From Candidatus Heimdallarchaeota archaeon (lineage in GTDB: Archaea > Asgardarchaeota > Heimdallarchaeia > Heimdallarchaeales > Heimdallarchaeaceae), in the NCBI GenBank assembly GCA_021399345.1, contig JAAFKI010000175.1, positions 1-64,000 on the forward strand: a stretch of DNA of 64,000 bases. Reading direction: 5' to 3'. Positions within the stretch are counted from its first letter, which is position 1. Each line of letters opens with the position of its first letter. The notes beneath the pieces were generated by a model. The model was not told the DNA's origin, did no database searches, and saw only the letters and a list, made by a program, of their open reading frames with translations. This document shows positions 58,893-64,000 of this stretch, in pieces. A program made the translations under genes and the position numbers.

Positions 58893-61595
58893 TTAGTTCT
58901 TCAGTGTAGTGCGAGCTGCAGCAAGACGAGCTATTGGCACTCTAAATGGACTGCAAGATACATAGTCTAAACCAATTCTGTAACAGAAATCTATAGATTG
59001 TGGATCCCCGCCCTGTTCACCACATATGCCAAGTTCAAGGTCTGGGTTTGCCTCTTTTCCTTCATCTACAGTCATCTTCATCAGACGACCTACACCTGTT
59101 TCTTCAATTGAAACAAATGGATCAGACTCAAGAATACCCATTTCCATATATTTTGAGATAAATGAACCAGCATCATCTCTACTAAAACCTAATGCCATTT
59201 GATGAAGATCATTTGTTCCAAAACTAAAGAATTGAGCACCTTTGTCTCCACCTGCAATTTCACTGCTTGTCAAAGCTGCTCTTGGTACTTCAATCATTGT
59301 TCCAACAAGATACTTAAATTCAATACCTTCTTCTTGCATCACTTCCTTGGCAACACGGTCAATAATTGTTCTTTGATGTTCGAATTCTTTTTGGAATCCT
59401 ACAAGAGGAACCATTACCTCAGGAAATACTTTTTTACCACTTTTGATAACTTTAGCAGCTGCTTTGAATATTGCACGAGATTGCATTTCTGTAACAATTG
59501 GCATAGTAATTCCGAGTCTGCAACCTCTCAGACCGAGCATAGGATTTTGTTCTTTCATTTCTCTTACAACTTCTAGCATATCAGCTGTTTCCTTGAAATC
59601 TTCATCCTTCTTACCTGCTAGTTTTGCTTCAAAAATCTCAGTCATTAATTCTTCTTCACTTGGCAAGAATTCATGTAGAGGAGGATCAATCAAACGTATA
59701 ATAACAGGATAACCTTTTGAAACGTCAAATATACCTCTAAAATCTTCTTCTTGAACAGGCTCTAATTGATCAACATAGTGTTTTCTTTTTTCGTCATTTT
59801 TGGCTAAAATCATACCCCTGACTAAATCAAGATTATCAAAGAACATGTGTTCTGTTCTACATAAGCCTATACCCTTCGCTCCAAACTCTAAAGCTTTTAT
59901 GAACTGATCAGGTTTATCAGCATTAGCTTTCACACCAATTTTAGCGGCTTCATCACACCAATCCAAAATAGTTTTCATTGATTCTGGTAATTCAGCGGGA
60001 CGAGTGGGTAATTTGTCAGAATATATAGACCCATCATCACCATCTATAGTAATCCAATCTCCTTCTCTAACTACTAAACCATTTGCAGTAAGTGCGCGTT
60101 TCTCCACATCAATAGATATTCCACCTTTTTCACTACCAACAATACAAGCTTTACCTATTTGTCTAGCAACAATTGCAGCATGACTAGTTAGACCACCTTT
60201 CATTGTCAGAATACCTTCACTTGCAGCCATCCCATGGAAATCTTCAGGAGTGGTTTCAACTCTTACTAAGATCACATTTTGACCTTGTTCAGCAATTTCT
60301 TGTGCTCTATCTGCGTCAAAAATCGCTTTACCAGTTGCAGCAGCAGCACCGGCAGCTAACCCGGTACCAAGAAACTTATCCTTTACGTGTTCCTTAATTT
60401 GTTTTACTGGTGCATTTGGATCGATTTTACCCCAATCTATAGATGGGAACAAGGCGTTTTCTACATCACTTGGCTCTATTCGAAGGATTGCTTCTTCCTT
60501 GCTTATTGCACCTTCTTTTACCAAATCATAAGCAATTTGGCTTGCAGCAATACCTGTTCTTTTTCCACTTCTGGTTTGGAGCATGTAGAGTTTACCTTGT
60601 TGGATAGTGAATTCCATGTCTTGCATATCTCGGTATCTTTTCTCTAACAACTCAGAGATTTCAAATAGCTGGTTGTAAAGATCTGGCATTGTAGCTTTTA
60701 GATCTTTAATTGGTACTGGAGTACGAATTCCTGCTACAACATCTTCTCCCTGTGCATTTACTAAATATTCACCATAAAGTTTTTTCTCACCATCAGATGG
60801 ATTACGTGTAAATGCAACTCCGGTTGCAGATGTTTCTCCGAGATTACCATAAATCATTGTCATAACATTAACTGCGGTTCCTAAATCATGTGGAATACCT
60901 TGATGATTCCTATAATCAATTGCTCTTCTAGTGTTCCAGCTTCTGAAAACAGCTCGAATAGCATCATCTAGTTGTTTCCTTGGATCTTGAGGAAATTCCT
61001 CTCCCATATGCTCTTTGTAAATCACTTTGTACTTCTGTGTTAATTTCTTAAGCTCATCAGCAGGTATTTCTGTATCGTTTTCTACACCTAATTCATGTTT
61101 GAGCTTTTCCAGCTCTTTCTCAAAATGTACTTTGCTAACACCTTTCACAACATCAGCATACATGTACATGAAACGTCTATAAGAATCATAAGCAAATCTT
61201 GGATCATTTGAGATTTTAGCTAATCCTTCAACAGAAACATCATTCAAACCTAGGTTTAACACAGTATCCATCATACCAGGCATTGAGATTCTTGCCCCAG
61301 AGCGAACTGATACAAGTAAAGGATCTTCATTGTCACCTAATTTCTTACCCATATGTGTCTCCAGAGCTTCCAAAGCTTCATCTACTTCTGCCTTTAACCC
61401 GACTGGATACTCCTCATTATTAGCAAGAAAATGAAGACAGGCTTGAGTAGAAACAACAAATCCTGGTGGTACAGGTAAGCCTAATGAGGTCATTTCGGCT
61501 AGATTAGCACCTTTTCCACCAAGTAAGTTTTTCATATCTGCGCTTCCTTCGCAGACTTCTTTATCGAAAAATTTGTAAACATATTTTTCTGTCAT
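58893..61595 (-). CDS. ppdK: Pyruvate, phosphate dikinase
   Basis: LGGKGANL, TSHAA phospho-His, GLCRTEHM, SFGTNDL, ICGEQGG. Confidence 0.97.
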   Translation of the reverse strand: MTEKYVYKFFDKEVCEGSADMKNLLGGKGANLAEMTSLGLPVPPGFVVSTQACLHFLANNEEYPVGLKAEVDEALEALETHMGKKLGDNEDPLLVSVRSGARISMPGMMDTVLNLGLNDVSVEGLAKISNDPRFAYDSYRRFMYMYADVVKGVSKVHFEKELEKLKHELGVENDTEIPADELKKLTQKYKVIYKEHMGEEFPQDPRKQLDDAIRAVFRSWNTRRAIDYRNHQGIPHDLGTAVNVMTMIYGNLGETSATGVAFTRNPSDGEKKLYGEYLVNAQGEDVVAGIRTPVPIKDLKATMPDLYNQLFEISELLEKRYRDMQDMEFTIQQGKLYMLQTRSGKRTGIAASQIAYDLVKEGAISKEEAILRIEPSDVENALFPSIDWGKIDPNAPVKQIKEHVKDKFLGTGLAAGAAAATGKAIFDADRAQEIAEQGQNVILVRVETTPEDFHGMAASEGILTMKGGLTSHAAIVARQIGKACIVGSEKGGISIDVEKRALTANGLVVREGDWITIDGDDGSIYSDKLPTRPAELPESMKTILDWCDEAAKIGVKANADKPDQFIKALEFGAKGIGLCRTEHMFFDNLDLVRGMILAKNDEKRKHYVDQLEPVQEEDFRGIFDVSKGYPVIIRLIDPPLHEFLPSEEELMTEIFEAKLAGKKDEDFKETADMLEVVREMKEQNPMLGLRGCRLGITMPIVTEMQSRAIFKAAAKVIKSGKKVFPEVMVPLVGFQKEFEHQRTIIDRVAKEVMQEEGIEFKYLVGTMIEVPRAALTSSEIAGGDKGAQFFSFGTNDLHQMALGFSRDDAGSFISKYMEMGILESDPFVSIEETGVGRLMKMTVDEGKEANPDLELGICGEQGGDPQSIDFCYRIGLDYVSCSPFRVPIARLAAARTTLKN

Positions 61596-61705
61596 TGAAC
61601 TGACACCTTCGTCTTAAACTTCTAGTATTCATGTTTTTAAGCTTATGATTTATCAAATTTTCTTTTGTAAGACAAAACTTAACAAATATCTCGAAAAACA
61701 AACAT

Positions 61706-62518
61706 GTGAAAAACAAACTAATTCTACTTACAAATGATGATGGAATAAAGTCTTCAGGTCTTAATTCATTAAGAAATGAACTAAGTAAAATTGCAAATGT
61801 TGTATGTTTTGCACCAGCTGAAGCTAGTTCCGCTGTTTCAAAAGCACTAACTTTTCACAAACCTATAAGATTTTTTCCAGTAACTTTTGACGATGGAACA
61901 ACAGGATACAGTACAACCGGTTCCCCTGCAGATAATGTATTAGTAGGGTTTCATGTTTTAAAAAGAAAACCAGATATCGTTGTTAGTGGAATAAATTATG
62001 GGGACAACTCATCAATTCACTCTATACTCACCAGCGGTACTTGTGCTGCGGCTTTTGAGGCATACTTTAACAATGTCCCTGCGATAGCATTCTCAGCTGA
62101 TCTTTCAGAAGATTCTCAGATGATAGACCAAAGAGGTGTTGATTTTGGCAAAATAGCTAAAATTTCTGCAGAAATTGTCGATGCAGTTTTAGAATTGGAC
62201 TGGCCCAAAGATTTAGCCTTTCTAAATGTTAATTATCCAAAGGTCATATCTGACGAAACTAAGGTATATATTACATCTCCAACTCTTTACAAATACGACA
62301 ATTTTATGGTTGAAAAGAAGGATCCACGTAAACTTACTTATTTATGGTTATGGGGAGAAAAGAAAAAATCTTTTCCGGAAAATACAGATACTTGGGCAGT
62401 TGTTAATCAAAATAGTATTAGTATATCTCCTATTGGTTTAAATTTGCATCATACAACTGATTCGGCATCAAAGTTGCTTAATATCTTACAACAGCAGATT
62501 AAGGATAATATGCTTTAA
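61706..62518 (+). CDS. surE: 5'/3'-nucleotidase SurE
   Basis: LLTNDDG, GSPAD, SGIN.G.N, SGT, LNVNYP. Confidence 0.95.
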   Translation: MKNKLILLTNDDGIKSSGLNSLRNELSKIANVVCFAPAEASSAVSKALTFHKPIRFFPVTFDDGTTGYSTTGSPADNVLVGFHVLKRKPDIVVSGINYGDNSSIHSILTSGTCAAAFEAYFNNVPAIAFSADLSEDSQMIDQRGVDFGKIAKISAEIVDAVLELDWPKDLAFLNVNYPKVISDETKVYITSPTLYKYDNFMVEKKDPRKLTYLWLWGEKKKSFPENTDTWAVVNQNSISISPIGLNLHHTTDSASKLLNILQQQIKDNML

Positions 62519-62579
62519 TACATTAGACGATAGGAACTTCTTTATTCTTCCCTTTAAATACTAATATCTGGATAAGAAA

Positions 62580-63980
62580 GTGATTAGTTTGGCCATAGAA
62601 TCACGTGAATATCAAAATTTTATTGTTGATAGGATTTCATCATTGGTTGAATCAAATCACAGTGTTATTCTAGAATTGGATTGTGGTATGGGCAAACGAG
62701 TCTTAATGTATCGTCTCCTTACAGAGATTTTCAAAGAAAAGAAAATAGTTGTTTTTCTACAAACCCATTCATCATTAGAGGAAACAGCCAAGTATATTGA
62801 AAATGAATATGGCGGATTAAAGGGTTTAGCTGTTATCAAAAGTGGTTCTAATTCTCAATACAGAAAATATCTCATTGAAAACAACCGTGTGATTTTATCT
62901 TTACCTATTGTATTTTCTAATACAATCCAGAAATTTCCAGAGCTAAGTGAAGGAATTGAGATTATTATCATTAATGAAGTTGATCAAATCGTAAAAAGAA
63001 TGTCTCATCGAAGAATTTTGTGTGTCCCTTGGGGGAGACTTATACCCAATTTAGATAATGCAAAAATAGTTGGGATGAGTGGTACTCTCAGAGACGATCA
63101 TTTAGTCTTAGATGGCGATCAACTACAATTAAGAAATGAATTGAAAACGCTTATTGAGTTCATTCCAGACAGTGAAGTAATTACTATTGAAGACTTCATT
63201 GATACTGACATCAAGGAGCACATACAAGATACAGAAGTCATTATTCAGCCTGTTGAAGATACAAAAACTGCTAGAATCATTAATTTACTAACTGAAAATA
63301 TAGAAGAAATTAGGGAAAAAATAATTCAAGAGGTTAGTGAAACATCGCCAAAAGACAGTAATAAGTTACGCTCAAATTTCTACCATAGTCTTCCACTTCT
63401 TTCAGTTGAAACAGAACTTGTTGAAAAATTAAATAGGCTCCTTCTCCTCAGAAAATATGTTTATTCAATGCCCGCACATACTTATCGAAATTACTTAATA
63501 AGATATGGAATTGAAAAAAGTGAACTAGATGATTTACCTGAAATTAGTGGTAAAGAACTAGAAGTAATCAAGATAGCTAAAGAATATCAAAAAACCACAA
63601 TTCTTTGTTCCTTTCTTTCTACAGTTGAATCTCTATCACAACGTCTAATAAAAGAGAATTTTGAAGTTTTCAATGTAACGGGTAAAATCAAGAATAAGAT
63701 GGAGATTCTTGAAAATTTCAAGATGACAAATAAACAATCTGTTCTTATTATGTCACCTGTTGGAGAGAGAGATATAGACCTCCCTCATACTGAAATGATA
63801 ATCGTTTTTGACCTAGTGAATTCTCCGAAAACGGTTTACCAAAAGATGAAAAGAGGTCGTGGTGGCAAAGTTACTCTCCTATTTTATGATGAAACCTCTG
63901 AGAAAACGAAAGTTAAAAATGTTGTAGATAAGATAGCTGTACGCTATCCTTGGTCTCTCATATTCTTCATTAAGAGCTAA
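62580..63980 (+). CDS. Hef/FANCM-like SF2 helicase paralog with degenerate motifs
   Basis: IESREYQ, LDCGMGKR, INEVD, GMSGT, SPVGERDIDLP, YQKMKRGRG. Confidence 0.72.
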   Translation: MISLAIESREYQNFIVDRISSLVESNHSVILELDCGMGKRVLMYRLLTEIFKEKKIVVFLQTHSSLEETAKYIENEYGGLKGLAVIKSGSNSQYRKYLIENNRVILSLPIVFSNTIQKFPELSEGIEIIIINEVDQIVKRMSHRRILCVPWGRLIPNLDNAKIVGMSGTLRDDHLVLDGDQLQLRNELKTLIEFIPDSEVITIEDFIDTDIKEHIQDTEVIIQPVEDTKTARIINLLTENIEEIREKIIQEVSETSPKDSNKLRSNFYHSLPLLSVETELVEKLNRLLLLRKYVYSMPAHTYRNYLIRYGIEKSELDDLPEISGKELEVIKIAKEYQKTTILCSFLSTVESLSQRLIKENFEVFNVTGKIKNKMEILENFKMTNKQSVLIMSPVGERDIDLPHTEMIIVFDLVNSPKTVYQKMKRGRGGKVTLLFYDETSEKTKVKNVVDKIAVRYPWSLIFFIKS

Positions 63981-64000
63981 TCTGAATGAACTAATATAGT

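Noticed and set aside
843-62839. Many short ORFs antisense to or nested in clear genes (for example 843-1223, 4377-4598, 23267-23671, 51040-51396, 59199-59576)
   Set aside because: Shadow frames of well-supported genes with no independent motifs.

Overview
AT-rich archaeal chromosomal segment, most consistent with an Asgard archaeon (Heimdallarchaeia-like). This rests on a Rab-like small GTPase, eL38, archaeal information genes (TFE, TFS, PCNA, GINS, MBF1, PAN, aTrm56, eS27, uS7, uL16) and BHB-intron tRNAs; the assignment is an inference from gene content. Most of the window is housekeeping: a split A/V-type ATP synthase locus, an amino-sugar operon (TrmB, PGI/PMI, GlmS, GlmU), SufS, PPDK, SurE and five CCA-encoding tRNAs (Leu, Val, Ser, Asp with two introns, Met). 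The accessory parts hold the best candidates for new biology. (1) A solo 520-aa TnpB with a Fanzor-type rearranged RuvC site, flanked by two highly structured non-coding regions whose outer ends are imperfect inverted repeats; it closes a decaying defence-like island next to tRNA-Asp. (2) Two tandem paralogous single-pass membrane proteins joining an extracytoplasmic FKBP-like domain to a cytoplasmic 8-Cys cross-brace (B-box/RING-like) zinc finger, a receptor/E3-like architecture. (3) A five-gene SDR-SDR-GcvPA-GcvPB-AcoX-kinase operon whose P-protein lacks the canonical motif. All calls come from reading motifs by eye; no searches or folding programs were run.
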